Origin: a virus
Taxonomy: Duplodnaviria; Caudoviricetes
Virus record (IMG/VR): IMGVR_UViG_3300046009_000910
Location: 129-64,128 of that record
DNA length: 64,000 nt
Direction: 5' to 3' (one strand)
The position numbers were made by a program, and so were the translations under genes. How positions within the stretch are numbered: position 1 is the first letter of the stretch; each line of letters begins with the position of its first letter. This document shows, piece by piece, positions 1 through 9,910 of the stretch. The notes beneath the pieces are model-generated. The model saw nothing but the letters and a program-made list of their open reading frames with translations, did not search any database and had not been told where the DNA came from.

Positions 1-35
1 CCATGTCGATCCTATCGGGCTAAAGCGTACTTAAA
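1..35. repeat. Terminal direct repeat, left copy (identical to 63963-63997)
   Basis: CCATGTCGATCCTATCGGGCTAAAGCGTACTTAAA occurs at both window ends. Gene order is continuous across the junction (stop at 12-14; ATG at 4-2 equals 63966). Confidence 0.9.
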
Positions 36-1763
36 TGGGAACTCGGCAAAGCAAGCGTAGATTATTGTCTGTCCGCTGCCGTTTATTTCTGCATCAGAAG
101 TTCTAATTTTAAATCCGTTAGAAGTAAAATCCAGAATGTCAGAATTGGTTGCTTCTGCATTTGAGTTGTTTGCAAACAAACGACCATTCATTACGTTGTA
201 GGTATTTCTTGCTGCGTCTAACATATACCATCTGTATGCTTGTGTGGCTGATTTCAGCATAACCCACTCCGGCCTAAATCCCGTGTAAACAAACACACCA
301 TCATTGCTGCCATTGCCAGTGAAACTACCAAATGCACTATAACCTGCCACGGGTGCGAAGCAGTAGGCTACATAGGTGTAAGAAGCGCTTTGGTTTACAG
401 AAACGTCATCACCAATCGTAAATGTTGTTGAACTAACTGCACGAATGTACTTGGATGGAGAACCACCGGAAACTTCTGCTCCTGTTGTATTTAATCCTTC
501 AAGAGCATAATTTGTAGTTAATTTATCAGTCCATACCATCCAGTTAGTAGCATTACTTCTGGACTTAATAATAATCCACGATGGAGACGCACCAAGACCA
601 TGACCTACCGTAGCCCCGCCAGAGCCGTTACCTGTATAAGTAACAACACTAAAGCCAGCAGTTGTACTCGCTCTTACTTGAGAAGATATTGTGCCGCTAG
701 TGTTAGTTACGGTTGAGCCGCCAGCGTTCCAGTTCCATGCGACGTAAGTAAAACCAGTACCGTTTACATCAGTATTTGCACCTAACGTAAAGCCGTCAGA
801 CCCAAAGGCCGTAAGTTCATCGGTTGTTGTGGCTTCTGCCGCCGTAGACGAACTCATTATTCTTTTATTTGCACCACGGACAGTATCAAACAATCTATGA
901 TTTTGTACGTCATTGCGTACTTTCAACCAAGTAAAGTCTGGCGCAAATCCAACCCCGGTAATGTTTTGTGTTGATGAGTTTCCGCTGTACAACACCACAT
1001 TCATGTAATCATTTGCCTGTGTCGTGCTAGTTGCACCGATAGTCGGCGTAGGCAGATTCTGTGTGCAGAGTGCTTTGTATCCGGTTGGCGCTGCATACGG
1101 GAAAGCACTTGCCCCGAAGCAAAAGTCTCTAATCTGCTGCGTGGTGTTCGTGGTATTGTTGAACGAAACATTGTACGGAATGCCTGTCGTAAAGCCAGTT
1201 AGTTGCGCCGTTGAAGATATGTTGGGTGTGGCGTTCTTCGCAATATAAAGTCTTCCGTTATCAGCATCAAACGCAAAGGTATATACGTCTCCATCAGAAG
1301 CAGATGCTGGTGTTGAGTTGGCTGTTACGCCAGCAGCCTTAGCGTATGTCCCATCGGCACGGAATGATGCATAAGTCCCGGTCAGCGTTCCATAACTAAC
1401 TTGCACAGATCCCGGAGTTACCCCTACTCCACCACCGCCTCCGGCTTCGGTGTATGTGCAAGTCCAATACCACTTGCCTGTAGTCGGTATCTGTATTGTT
1501 GCGTGAGTAAAATCATCCGGAAAGGTTCCAGACGGACATACAAGTTTTAAATTGCCGTTTGATAGATTGTATGAAGACGAAGAATTAATTGGATTCATTG
1601 TGGCGTAATTTCCACGCACCTCACCACCAACACCAGTATCGGTTCCGTAGGATGTGGGCGTGTCTGTCAGGCTGTCGTTATTTACTCCCGGCGTGGACGA
1701 GAGGTTATTGGCAGTCCAGTTGTTGCCCCTGCCCGAAGCATCGTAACCAAAGTCAATAGGCAT
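12..1763 (-). CDS. Tail/virion protein, ConA-like lectin/SPRY-like; homologous to the C-terminal part of 60991-63966
   Basis: Shares GYDxSGxxNNWT, NDSLTD, RGNYxT, GKWYW, YVAWNW, AYCFAxVAGYSAFGS, FAExPF blocks with the 991-aa paralog. Confidence 0.75.
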   Translation of the reverse strand: MPIDFGYDASGRGNNWTANNLSSTPGVNNDSLTDTPTSYGTDTGVGGEVRGNYATMNPINSSSSYNLSNGNLKLVCPSGTFPDDFTHATIQIPTTGKWYWTCTYTEAGGGGGVGVTPGSVQVSYGTLTGTYASFRADGTYAKAAGVTANSTPASASDGDVYTFAFDADNGRLYIAKNATPNISSTAQLTGFTTGIPYNVSFNNTTNTTQQIRDFCFGASAFPYAAPTGYKALCTQNLPTPTIGATSTTQANDYMNVVLYSGNSSTQNITGVGFAPDFTWLKVRNDVQNHRLFDTVRGANKRIMSSSTAAEATTTDELTAFGSDGFTLGANTDVNGTGFTYVAWNWNAGGSTVTNTSGTISSQVRASTTAGFSVVTYTGNGSGGATVGHGLGASPSWIIIKSRSNATNWMVWTDKLTTNYALEGLNTTGAEVSGGSPSKYIRAVSSTTFTIGDDVSVNQSASYTYVAYCFAPVAGYSAFGSFTGNGSNDGVFVYTGFRPEWVMLKSATQAYRWYMLDAARNTYNVMNGRLFANNSNAEATNSDILDFTSNGFKIRTSDAEINGSGQTIIYACFAEFPFKYALAR

Positions 1764-2119
1764 TACGACTTCTCCCAGTTGCCAACGGATTCATTCCAAG
1801 TGTACCGATCACCATCTACCGGATATGGTACAGGGGCATCCCACAGGCAGGTTGTTTCATTGAGCACCCACGAGGCAAAAGGCTTGGGAGGAATAAACGC
1901 ATCCCGACCCGCATCATAGGTGTAACCGATACCAGCGTAATTCTTACGGAAGGGCGTGCCACCTAGAGCGTGTACGCCGCCGTATGTATTGTACGAGGTC
2001 TGCTTGTAAACGTCACCAGTACGGGCAGACAACTCTGCCTCTTTACCGTCATCTTCTTGACGGCCCACGGTCACAAAGACCACGACATTGTTTTCATCTA
2101 ATTTGGCAAAATGGCTCAT
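1763..2119 (-). CDS. Conserved small phage protein (MSHFAKLDENNVV type), typically follows Gly-rich tail proteins
   Basis: QTSYNT...FRKNYAGIGYTYD..RDAFIPPKPFASW motif; translationally coupled to both neighbours. Confidence 0.7.
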   Translation of the reverse strand: MSHFAKLDENNVVVFVTVGRQEDDGKEAELSARTGDVYKQTSYNTYGGVHALGGTPFRKNYAGIGYTYDAGRDAFIPPKPFASWVLNETTCLWDAPVPYPVDGDRYTWNESVGNWEKS

Positions 2120-3741
2120 GAGAATGTCACCGTTTCAGATGTTGTAGAGGTGGCAGTCACGGTGTAAATCTTAAATCCGCCAGATGTTGTGGAAGTCTGG
2201 GTTACACCACCAGAAAAGGTAGCCGTGCGAGTATCTGCAATTTTGATGATAACTACGCCAGAGCCACCGCCGCCAGATTGTGCGGAACCACCAGAAATTC
2301 CACCGCCTCCACCTCCACCTCCAGTATTGGCAGTTCCACTAGTAGCGGCAGAGCCTGTTCCGGGGGTCAGATAAACACCGCCGTTGCCCCCGCCTCCAGA
2401 GCCACCATTACCCGCTGTGCCGCCATTATATGTACCACCGCCACCGCCACCGGCACGAGTTACAGATGAGCCAGTAATGCTAGATGCGGTACCTGCTGCT
2501 CCCGTACCACCAGTGGTTCCTGACCCATTGCCGCCCGTAGCGCCAGCACCACCTCCTCCAGCACCGCCGTAGTTTGGAGAGGATGCACTTCCTGTTCCAC
2601 CGTTATTACCCTGAGATGGAGATGTTGACGGAGTGTTTCCAGCGCCAGCGGCTTCCGTTCCCCAGTTTCCTCCACCTCCGCCACCACCAGAGCCGCCTGA
2701 TTTGGCTACCCCGCTACTAAACCGAGTATCGCCGCCACCGCCACCGCCACCTGTGGACGTGATACTAGAAAACACTGAGTTAGAACCATTGCCGCCGTTA
2801 AGGCTAGTTCCAGCAGTTCCGCCAGCGCCTACGGTGATTGTATAAGCAACTCCAAGAGCAACTGTTGTTGTTGATGTACGATAACCTCCCGCTCCACCGC
2901 CACCACCACCCACTACGCCACCGCCGCCGCCGCCAGCAACAATTAAACTCTCAACCTCTAGGCCCTCTTTATTAAACTGCAAATAAAACCCGTTTGTACC
3001 AAATGAGCCGGTGTACTGCCGAGGCTCCCATACGCCGGTATTCGAGTTAGTCTGACCAAAGGACGCGGGGGTGAGGGCTAGGCCGTCGATGAAGTTAAAT
3101 TCTGTTATGTACCCATTTAGGTATTGGTCACGAGTGCTTGTGCCCCTCTGCGAGACCCCGATGTTATGTGTGTTCGTGCTATTAACTAGCGTGTTGGCAT
3201 TTGTGATGGCGCTCGAACCAAACAAGAATGAATATGCAACCGAAACCCCGTTTACATAAATTTTTACACGGTCTCCTGATGTTGCTTGTGTTGCATCAAC
3301 TGCGAGAACAATGTGATACCAAGAGCCGGGGTCTCTATAAATAGGAGTTGTACCAATATATGTTGGAGACAAAACACCATCGTCAAAATAAACACCTATT
3401 GAGTTAGTGTCCAACCATTCAAATGAAAACCCATTGTTACCTACATTTGGAGAGTTCACACTAAAAAAGTTTTGTCTTGTGCTTAGGGTGCTTCGTTTTG
3501 CCCACAAAGAAAATGTGTAGGTTTTTCTATTGCTCGCAACCGATGGGGTTCTGTTCAGATACGCACTATCCGCAGAGTTAAACCTTGCAGACAAACTCAC
3601 CTGCGTAGCCGCCATGGGCCAGTTCCCGGCAGACTGATTTATCAGTTGTTGCTCAGTCGTCCAAACGCCAGAAGCCGAACTAACTGTCGGCGCTGTTGGG
3701 TTGGCGGTAATTATGTTACCGGGGTAGCCGTGAATGGGCAT
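2116..3741 (-). CDS. Tail protein: N-terminal LamG/ConA-like domain fused to a glycine-rich domain
   Basis: N-half aligns with the N-terminus of 60991-63966 (RFNSADSAYLNRTP, WYHIV, GTNGFYL); C-half has VAGGGGGG...GGSGVVII. Confidence 0.75.
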   Translation of the reverse strand: MPIHGYPGNIITANPTAPTVSSASGVWTTEQQLINQSAGNWPMAATQVSLSARFNSADSAYLNRTPSVASNRKTYTFSLWAKRSTLSTRQNFFSVNSPNVGNNGFSFEWLDTNSIGVYFDDGVLSPTYIGTTPIYRDPGSWYHIVLAVDATQATSGDRVKIYVNGVSVAYSFLFGSSAITNANTLVNSTNTHNIGVSQRGTSTRDQYLNGYITEFNFIDGLALTPASFGQTNSNTGVWEPRQYTGSFGTNGFYLQFNKEGLEVESLIVAGGGGGGVVGGGGGGAGGYRTSTTTVALGVAYTITVGAGGTAGTSLNGGNGSNSVFSSITSTGGGGGGGDTRFSSGVAKSGGSGGGGGGGNWGTEAAGAGNTPSTSPSQGNNGGTGSASSPNYGGAGGGGAGATGGNGSGTTGGTGAAGTASSITGSSVTRAGGGGGGTYNGGTAGNGGSGGGGNGGVYLTPGTGSAATSGTANTGGGGGGGGISGGSAQSGGGGSGVVIIKIADTRTATFSGGVTQTSTTSGGFKIYTVTATSTTSETVTFS

Positions 3742-3750
3742 CGCTAATCC

Positions 3751-4128
3751 TTACGAGTTTAATTCTTCCCACGAAGCAGTAACCACTAGGTCACTTGCCG
3801 AGCCTGCCGTAGCACCGATGGATTGGTTCTCAAGCAGGTAGAACGATGTGGTTTTGTCCGTTACGATCAGGGTAGCATCAGCCGGGACAGAGATGGTTGA
3901 AGCGATTGGGTACGCCGTTCCACCTAAAGCCGCTTGGCTGTATACGTTGATCGTAATGTCTGCTGCAGAAGTTCCGTCTACGTTAGCAACTACAATCGAG
4001 TTGATCTTGAAGACTTTGCCACTAGCCGCAGCGTTGCTGACCAATGAGGTTGCTGAGGTTGTAGACAGCGATGTACTGGACGAGTTGCCGTAAATCGCCG
4101 CTACGTTGACTATATTTGGGTTTGCCAT
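3751..4128 (-). CDS. Virion structural protein (MANPNIV type)
   Basis: RBS AGGAG; Ser/Ala/Thr-rich beta-type sequence within the tail cluster. Confidence 0.65.
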   Translation of the reverse strand: MANPNIVNVAAIYGNSSSTSLSTTSATSLVSNAAASGKVFKINSIVVANVDGTSAADITINVYSQAALGGTAYPIASTISVPADATLIVTDKTTSFYLLENQSIGATAGSASDLVVTASWEELNS

Positions 4129-4152
4129 TTACTTACTCCTTAAATAGGGACA

Positions 4153-4881
4153 CTAAAAGCCGAAAATCATTGCCATTGCGATACTTTTGCCCGTTGTAAT
4201 ACCGCTAGACGGGGTTGTAAAAGAAAGCGTTCCTGAACCATTAGTTTGCAAAACCTGTCCAGTTGTACCGTCTGCGTTAGGCAGAGTAAACGTCACGTTT
4301 GCAGCCATGCTGTCAGCCGCTTTAAGACTAACGTAGTTTGTACCGTTGTCTGTGTCTTCATACAATTTAAGGTTTGCACCCGCCGCTGAAGTACCAGCCA
4401 CATCTAACTGCGTAATCCCTGCAATCGTGCCACCAGTAATCGTAGCGGAAGGAGTTGTGACAGCTGGAACATAATCAAACGCAGACTTAACATCGGTGCC
4501 ATCGTTATAGATAAACGCAGTCTTGCCATTTGGCACAGTGACAGAAGCACCGGCTACGATGACTCGGATTGACTGGCTACCAGTCGTATTGTTCTGAATG
4601 ATGTACGGCTTCTCAATGCCCGGAACAATTAAATCCCGCGTTGCAGAAAGCGATACCGTGGATGTGACATTTAGAACAAAGTTACGGGCTATCTGAGTAG
4701 CGTTTGTGTTTGTTAGGGTCAACGTCAGATTGGCGTCTGAGGTGAACTCAGGGTTTGCCCTACCTACTATGGCTTCCTCAAGGGCTGTGCCAAGGTTAGT
4801 GTTAGTTGTATTTCCCCAAGTGCCAGACTGCTCACCAGTGGCGATAAGTTCGACTTTTAGGGCTGAATAAGTTGAGGCCAT
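4153..4881 (-). CDS. Tail fibre-like structural protein
   Basis: MASTYS..ELIATGEQSGTWG N-terminus and TLPNADGTTGQVLQTNGSGTLSF fibre motif. Confidence 0.7.
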   Translation of the reverse strand: MASTYSALKVELIATGEQSGTWGNTTNTNLGTALEEAIVGRANPEFTSDANLTLTLTNTNATQIARNFVLNVTSTVSLSATRDLIVPGIEKPYIIQNNTTGSQSIRVIVAGASVTVPNGKTAFIYNDGTDVKSAFDYVPAVTTPSATITGGTIAGITQLDVAGTSAAGANLKLYEDTDNGTNYVSLKAADSMAANVTFTLPNADGTTGQVLQTNGSGTLSFTTPSSGITTGKSIAMAMIFGF

Positions 4882-4891
4882 GTTTTTTCCT

Positions 4892-6124
4892 TTACGCTGC
4901 TATATCGACCCAATTTGCGGTTTGAGCGTCATTAACTGCCACCCATCCACCGGTCTGTGAATCATTAACATTTTGCCAGTTGGCTGTTTGATTGTCATTA
5001 ACGGAAGTCCACACTGATACAAAAACTGGCGTAACTGAAGCATTACCTTGAACGCCCGTAACGTTGACTGTGACCCCTTGACCGGCAGAAACGGTACCAA
5101 TTGCCGTAAGAGCCGTAACACCTGTAACAAAGACACTAACACCCGGGACAGCCGTTGCTTGCCCAATAAACCCAGTTGCGGAAACACCTGTGACATTGAC
5201 TGCAATGTTTTCTTGAACAACTGCTTGCCCGATAAAGCCGACTGCCTGAACGCCAGTAACAGTAACAACTCCGTCACCTGTAACAGAGACTTGTCCGACA
5301 AAGCCAGTGGCTTGAACTCCCGTGAGAGTGACTGAGGCATCGCCTGTTGTGGCAACGCTTCCGATCTGACCAGACCCGCTAACCCCTGTAACTTGGACTC
5401 CTGCCCCGCCTGTGGCTTGCGCTTGCCCGATGAAGCCGTTTGCACTGACCCCGGTAACGGTGACACTAGCCCCTGCGCTGGCGGTAACGGAGCCAACAGA
5501 ACCGCTACCTGAGACACCTGTGAGGCTGGTAATCGCACTTCCACTGACTGCGACTGATCCAATCTGCCCTGTACCTTGGACCCCCGTAACGGAGACAGAA
5601 GCACCGCCGGTTGCTTGGGCTTGCCCGATGAATCCCTGTCCTTGAACACCAGACGGGAAGACGTTGGCATCGGCAGCGACGGTAACTTGACCTGCGGCAC
5701 CTGTGCCTTCAACCCCTGTTGGGAAGACGTTGGCTGTGCCTGATACTGCGGTCTGCCCAATGAACCCGTTGCCCTGAACCCCTGTGACAAGGACTCCGAC
5801 ACCTTCGCCAACTGAGACTTGACCAATCTGACCTGTGGCCTGAACTCCGGTGACTGCGACGTTTGCATCGCCAGAGACAAGTACTTGACCAACTGATCCT
5901 GTCGCAGATACGCCGGTAACATTGACGGATTCATTTTTCTGGGTTTGAACTGTGACTGATCCAACAGAGCCGGTGCCTTCGACACTTGCAGAGCCTTCGC
6001 CCCACGGAGTTTCGCCCCACCCACCGTAGCCCCACCCATCGAGCGGGACTTCAACGTCGGTGCGGTCTGACCCCCAAGGAACGTATCCCCAAGGGCCGTC
6101 ACCCCAGCCACTGTATGTCGCCAC
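4892..6124 (-). CDS. Repetitive structural protein (VTGV-x-ATG-x-IG repeats)
   Basis: Many ~24-aa repeats with W-rich termini; located in the tail cluster. Confidence 0.7.
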   Translation of the reverse strand: MATYSGWGDGPWGYVPWGSDRTDVEVPLDGWGYGGWGETPWGEGSASVEGTGSVGSVTVQTQKNESVNVTGVSATGSVGQVLVSGDANVAVTGVQATGQIGQVSVGEGVGVLVTGVQGNGFIGQTAVSGTANVFPTGVEGTGAAGQVTVAADANVFPSGVQGQGFIGQAQATGGASVSVTGVQGTGQIGSVAVSGSAITSLTGVSGSGSVGSVTASAGASVTVTGVSANGFIGQAQATGGAGVQVTGVSGSGQIGSVATTGDASVTLTGVQATGFVGQVSVTGDGVVTVTGVQAVGFIGQAVVQENIAVNVTGVSATGFIGQATAVPGVSVFVTGVTALTAIGTVSAGQGVTVNVTGVQGNASVTPVFVSVWTSVNDNQTANWQNVNDSQTGGWVAVNDAQTANWVDIAA

Positions 6125-6136
6125 ATTTCAGTCCAG

Positions 6137-6574
6137 TTAGGCGATACGAATGATTGCCCCGGTAGCCGTAGCCGCAGGGAAGATAATCGTAAAGGTGCCT
6201 GAAGTCGAAGTCTTAGCACCACCGAAGTCTAGAACCGCACAAGCAGGGTTTCCAGTTGCCGTATCGTTATAGATCAAAGCGCCATATGCGGTAATAGTTG
6301 CCGTTGTAAACGAAATGTCAGCAAAGTCAGTAAACGCGGTAGTTCCAGAAGAAACTGGAGTTACCTTAGTCAACGCACCGCCACCAGCCACATACGAGCC
6401 AGAAGCACCTACTTCGTTAGTTGTGGTGTAAGCCGTGGTTGCAGCCGTAAACGAAGCGCTGTTGTTATAGAGCGCCAGTTTGAACGTCTGACCAGAGCCA
6501 GTCGAAAAATTATGTACACCTTTCAGGATTTCTACCTTGAAAGATGTTGGCATGTAGTTACCAGTGAAGGCCAT
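6137..6574 (-). CDS. Conserved virion structural protein
   Basis: TSFKVEIL...FKLALY...AVLDFG..KTST.GTFTI.FP motif; RBS AGGAG. Confidence 0.7.
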   Translation of the reverse strand: MAFTGNYMPTSFKVEILKGVHNFSTGSGQTFKLALYNNSASFTAATTAYTTTNEVGASGSYVAGGGALTKVTPVSSGTTAFTDFADISFTTATITAYGALIYNDTATGNPACAVLDFGGAKTSTSGTFTIIFPAATATGAIIRIA

Positions 6575-6862
6575 TTAACTTCTCCTTAATAAATGGGCGG
6601 CTTTTTCTTCACCACCCTGTAAACAAACTTGTATGCAGGTCGCCCTTTCGGACTGTGCTGCGCGCTTTAAATATTCAAGAATCGTCTTTTCAATCTGTTG
6701 CCGGAAATACTTGGCCTGCTCACGAATGGCAGGGGGCGCAGAATCCGACACACCTACAATCTTGTCTGCACAAATCTCAGCCAGATCTTCTAGCGGCAAT
6801 CCACCAAAATCGCTGGTTTTAATCATCGGGCTGTGGATCTGTCCCGCTTTAATCTCAAACAT
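6575..6862 (-). CDS. Hypothetical protein
   Basis: Coupled ORF in the late operon. Confidence 0.6.
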   Translation of the reverse strand: MFEIKAGQIHSPMIKTSDFGGLPLEDLAEICADKIVGVSDSAPPAIREQAKYFRQQIEKTILEYLKRAAQSERATCIQVCLQGGEEKAAHLLRRS

Positions 6863-7563
6863 TACGTCCTCACCGCTTCCGGCGCACGGTATTCATACGC
6901 CTTTTCTTCTGTGGATTCTTTGATTTCCGAGTACTTCTTGGTTACGAACTTACCATCTTCTAGCCCAACAACCAAGGGGTCAGCAAGACGGTGGTAGCCA
7001 TACAATTTGGATTGCACCGGCTCATTAGAATCTAATAACGACGACTCATGGGCAATACCAATCTTGATGCCTCGCTCCATAGCTTTTGACAGCAAGAACT
7101 CGCAGCAAGCTCGCCCAGCCTCGGCAAAATGCACAACCTTCTTATATGAGAAGTCAATACCATAGAGGTGCATCTCAGCCACTTTTGCTGCAATACCGTA
7201 CCCAATAGCGTAGGCAACCGTATTATTGAAGTACCCAGTACCGCAGGCGTTCATGACTTCATCAAGCGGAAACTCCACCAATCCGGGGCAACGGCTGTCT
7301 AACTCACAGGTGTAGATCGGACCGGTATGCGACTTCAGAACAGAACGCATGATGCCCGTCTGGGTGCCAGCATCCTCAGAATCCAAGAACCGGCTTGCCG
7401 GGTCCATCATAAACACCCTGTCGTGATACACCACCCCCGCCATAGCGTTAATAGCCCAGACCTCATCAATCGGTTGGGAATGGGTTTTAGCCAGCACAAA
7501 CTGGGCGTGGGACTTACCCATAGCCACGATTGCAATCTTCTTGCCGGACAGATCAGGGATCAT
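6862..7563 (-). CDS. Putative Maf/CstII/DUF115-like nucleotide-sugar transferase fold protein
   Basis: KKIAIVAMGKS, VWAIN, NTVAYAIGY, EMHLYGIDF resemble the GxGPS / N / IYLxGxD motifs of that fold. Confidence 0.5.
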   Translation of the reverse strand: MIPDLSGKKIAIVAMGKSHAQFVLAKTHSQPIDEVWAINAMAGVVYHDRVFMMDPASRFLDSEDAGTQTGIMRSVLKSHTGPIYTCELDSRCPGLVEFPLDEVMNACGTGYFNNTVAYAIGYGIAAKVAEMHLYGIDFSYKKVVHFAEAGRACCEFLLSKAMERGIKIGIAHESSLLDSNEPVQSKLYGYHRLADPLVVGLEDGKFVTKKYSEIKESTEEKAYEYRAPEAVRT

Positions 7564-8255
7564 TTTACTGGGTACCTTACCTGACCAGAACGATAAGCAT
7601 CCTGACGATCTTTGGCGTCGCCAAGCTGTTTGAGAAGCGCTATAGCCTCGTTGTAGCGGTCTGTGTAGTTCTTAAGCACGTCCGCATCAGACTTCATAAA
7701 CGTAGCTGCCTCAAGTAAAGACCCGTAAAGCAGAGCCGACTCAAAGTTATCTCCAAGCCACGACGTACCAGCCGTAACAATAGACTGGGGGTAGTAGAAA
7801 TAGTGCAGCTCTACCGTGTACGCGGCATTAGGCATCGGCCCAAGAATGAACGTGTTGTAATCAAAGACTGCGTAATATAAGGGTAAACCCGTATCAGTCT
7901 GACTTGGATACGCCTCACGAATGAAGTTCACATCCTTGTTGAGTAGATATAGGTAGTCGCCAGCCACAAAGGTACGCCCGTCAGGCAGCGTAGTAGGGCC
8001 GTTACAAACCACCGCTAAAGAAAACGTCGAAAGCCAGTCCGGGGGAACCGATAAGTACTTATTGCCGGAAGTAGTAGTTCCAGTCATATTCTTACGAATA
8101 GCTGGGATCTGAACCGTGTTGTAAATCCGTTCTTCCGCGTTCTCAATAAATGTATTTATCTGCTCCGCAGACGTAAGCCCGCCCGATCCCACAACCTGTG
8201 GGAAATCATTTTCGGCATATGCCTTGATGGTTTGGACGAGCGTTGCGTAGTTCAT
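7560..8255 (-). CDS. Head-tail adaptor / tail tubular protein A-like
   Basis: FIENAEERI, GxPxYYA, GPxP..AYTVELHY, LLYGSLLEA pattern. Confidence 0.65.
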   Translation of the reverse strand: MNYATLVQTIKAYAENDFPQVVGSGGLTSAEQINTFIENAEERIYNTVQIPAIRKNMTGTTTSGNKYLSVPPDWLSTFSLAVVCNGPTTLPDGRTFVAGDYLYLLNKDVNFIREAYPSQTDTGLPLYYAVFDYNTFILGPMPNAAYTVELHYFYYPQSIVTAGTSWLGDNFESALLYGSLLEAATFMKSDADVLKNYTDRYNEAIALLKQLGDAKDRQDAYRSGQVRYPVK

Positions 8256-8521
8256 TAACCCATCTTCCCGCTGATTTTACGACCTTTAGTTGCGGCTCCG
8301 TAACCACGCATCGTACCTGTTCCGTACGGATTAACAGAGGCATAGGTGCCTTTGCTTACACCGGCAACAGACATGTTCATCTCATTCATGCAAGCCGCAC
8401 CCGTTTTATAGGCACTGTCTTGCTGAATAGAAGTTTTCTGCCCAGACATGTTGTGCGGTTCGGCATAAAGAGAAGCCGGTCCGACTTCCTTGCCTTTAAC
8501 TTTCATGCTGAACTTAGCCAT
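8255..8521 (-). CDS. Small basic protein
   Basis: Coupled ORF; C-terminal RGYGAATKG motif. Confidence 0.65.
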   Translation of the reverse strand: MAKFSMKVKGKEVGPASLYAEPHNMSGQKTSIQQDSAYKTGAACMNEMNMSVAGVSKGTYASVNPYGTGTMRGYGAATKGRKISGKMG

Positions 8522-8718
8522 TATCGCCCCCGACCAGAAGAACGCTGGTTCATTACCCGCGCCATATTGCGTCCCATACGCTTCATGTCCATGGATGTTG
8601 GGCCACCGGCTTTCATACCTTTGGCACCGTGCATACGCTTTTCGTGGCCTTTGACCGCCTTTTTAGCGACCTTCTCCATCATGGGTTTGTCTTTCTTGAT
8701 GTCTTCGTGCTTTGCCAT
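8521..8718 (-). CDS. Small basic protein
   Basis: RBS AGGAG; K/R/M-rich; MKAGG motif. Confidence 0.65.
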   Translation of the reverse strand: MAKHEDIKKDKPMMEKVAKKAVKGHEKRMHGAKGMKAGGPTSMDMKRMGRNMARVMNQRSSGRGR

Positions 8719-8727
8719 GTTTTACTC

Positions 8728-9159
8728 CTAAGTAGTTGTTACAGATACCGACCCAACACTTCCTTGGGCAACCAAATTATTGGGCGTTAGCCCGTCATCC
8801 TGCGGTCCGCCAACAGGGTTCCACCCCCATTGAATGATCCTACTACCCCCTTCAGGAAAGCCAAAAGCATCCTCATCAGTTGGATTTGGGGGGTTAATAA
8901 CATCAATCTGCAAACCACTGTAGCCTGATTGAGTGTAGCTGCGATCAGGGCGAGGATCACGCAGACCTTGCGGGTCATCCACCGGATACATACCAAGTTG
9001 TAACTGCGGCTGGTCTGGATCCCAGCATGTAGGGCAGACCAACATGTTGATGTTTTTGGTCTTGATGACCAGTTTTCTGAGGTCTTTAAGCGGGTAACGA
9101 AAGTCGCAGCGGTCGCACTGCGAGATTGCCCACTTCCCAGACGCGAACCTATTGCCCAT
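8728..9159 (-). CDS. Zn-ribbon protein (CxxC...CxxC)
   Basis: CDRCDF...VCPTCWDPDQPQ. Confidence 0.7.
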   Translation of the reverse strand: MGNRFASGKWAISQCDRCDFRYPLKDLRKLVIKTKNINMLVCPTCWDPDQPQLQLGMYPVDDPQGLRDPRPDRSYTQSGYSGLQIDVINPPNPTDEDAFGFPEGGSRIIQWGWNPVGGPQDDGLTPNNLVAQGSVGSVSVTTT

Positions 9160-9160
9160 A

Positions 9161-9910
9161 TCACGTTATATACATCTGACGCGGAACTAACCGGTCAGCT
9201 GCCTTTTCTCGGTCTTCACCTGCCGCAAAGGTCCAGTCTTCGTCGTACATGGCTTTAAGTGTTGGGAGCCGTGCTTGACCTTCTGGTAGTTTTAACGCGA
9301 TGTAATAGGCCAGTCCCGATGTCAGACATGGTAGGAACCGGAACGGAATATCAAAGGTATTAACACCGTTGCCTGCGTCTTGTATACGCCGCATGCGCCA
9401 GTAAACAAACGTGTAGTAGGGGCTAGCCTGCGTGCCTTGGTCAGGCACAGGCCAAACCGTAATTTGTGGGCTTGCCGTAGCACCGGGCGAATAAGCGCTT
9501 GTTGCCGGATATGCCGCTGCCGTATTACGCTGAACCCAGACTTGGATAGGCCGAGCCTGCTGTAGTTTATTAGGCAGTGTGGCGTAGGTACTTACGGAAA
9601 TACGCGTAATGGTCAAGTCGGCTTGGGTACTGATATTCCCTGCGTTCGTACGAATAACGTGCTCAAGCAAATCCACCGTGTCATTAGGTAGCGGGTAAGT
9701 AGCTTGCCCTTGATATAAACCTATTGATCCTTGCTCGATTGTCCACAGGTTAATGCCTCGGTTAGCCCAATCGGCAAACAGCAGATTCATGGAACGACGC
9801 GCCGTGCGCAAGTCGTAGCCCGTACGCATCTCGCCGCCAGCGCGCTCGAAAGCTTCCTCAACTATCTCGTTGAGTTGTAGATTAAACGCGGTGGTGCCGG
9901 AAGTAGTCAT
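9161..9910 (-). CDS. Head-tail connector/adaptor-like protein
   Basis: EEAFERAG, ARRSMNLLFADWANRGINLWT, WPVPD, GLAYY motifs. Confidence 0.65.
   Translation of the reverse strand: MTTSGTTAFNLQLNEIVEEAFERAGGEMRTGYDLRTARRSMNLLFADWANRGINLWTIEQGSIGLYQGQATYPLPNDTVDLLEHVIRTNAGNISTQADLTITRISVSTYATLPNKLQQARPIQVWVQRNTAAAYPATSAYSPGATASPQITVWPVPDQGTQASPYYTFVYWRMRRIQDAGNGVNTFDIPFRFLPCLTSGLAYYIALKLPEGQARLPTLKAMYDEDWTFAAGEDREKAADRLVPRQMYIT

Noticed and set aside
12-1763. Diversity-generating retroelement or invertase system acting on the tail paralogs
   Set aside because: No reverse transcriptase or recombinase gene; no adenine-specific TR/VR pair or inverted crossover sites seen.
2189-2845. Pro-rich plus-strand ORFs and CCG/CCA microrepeats
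   Set aside because: Antisense shadow of the Gly-rich coding region.
4900-6222. 440-aa same-strand alternative-frame ORF overlapping the VTGV-repeat gene
   Set aside because: Composition (Q/L/S/R-rich) is what a frame-shifted repetitive gene yields; no RBS or slippery site recognised.
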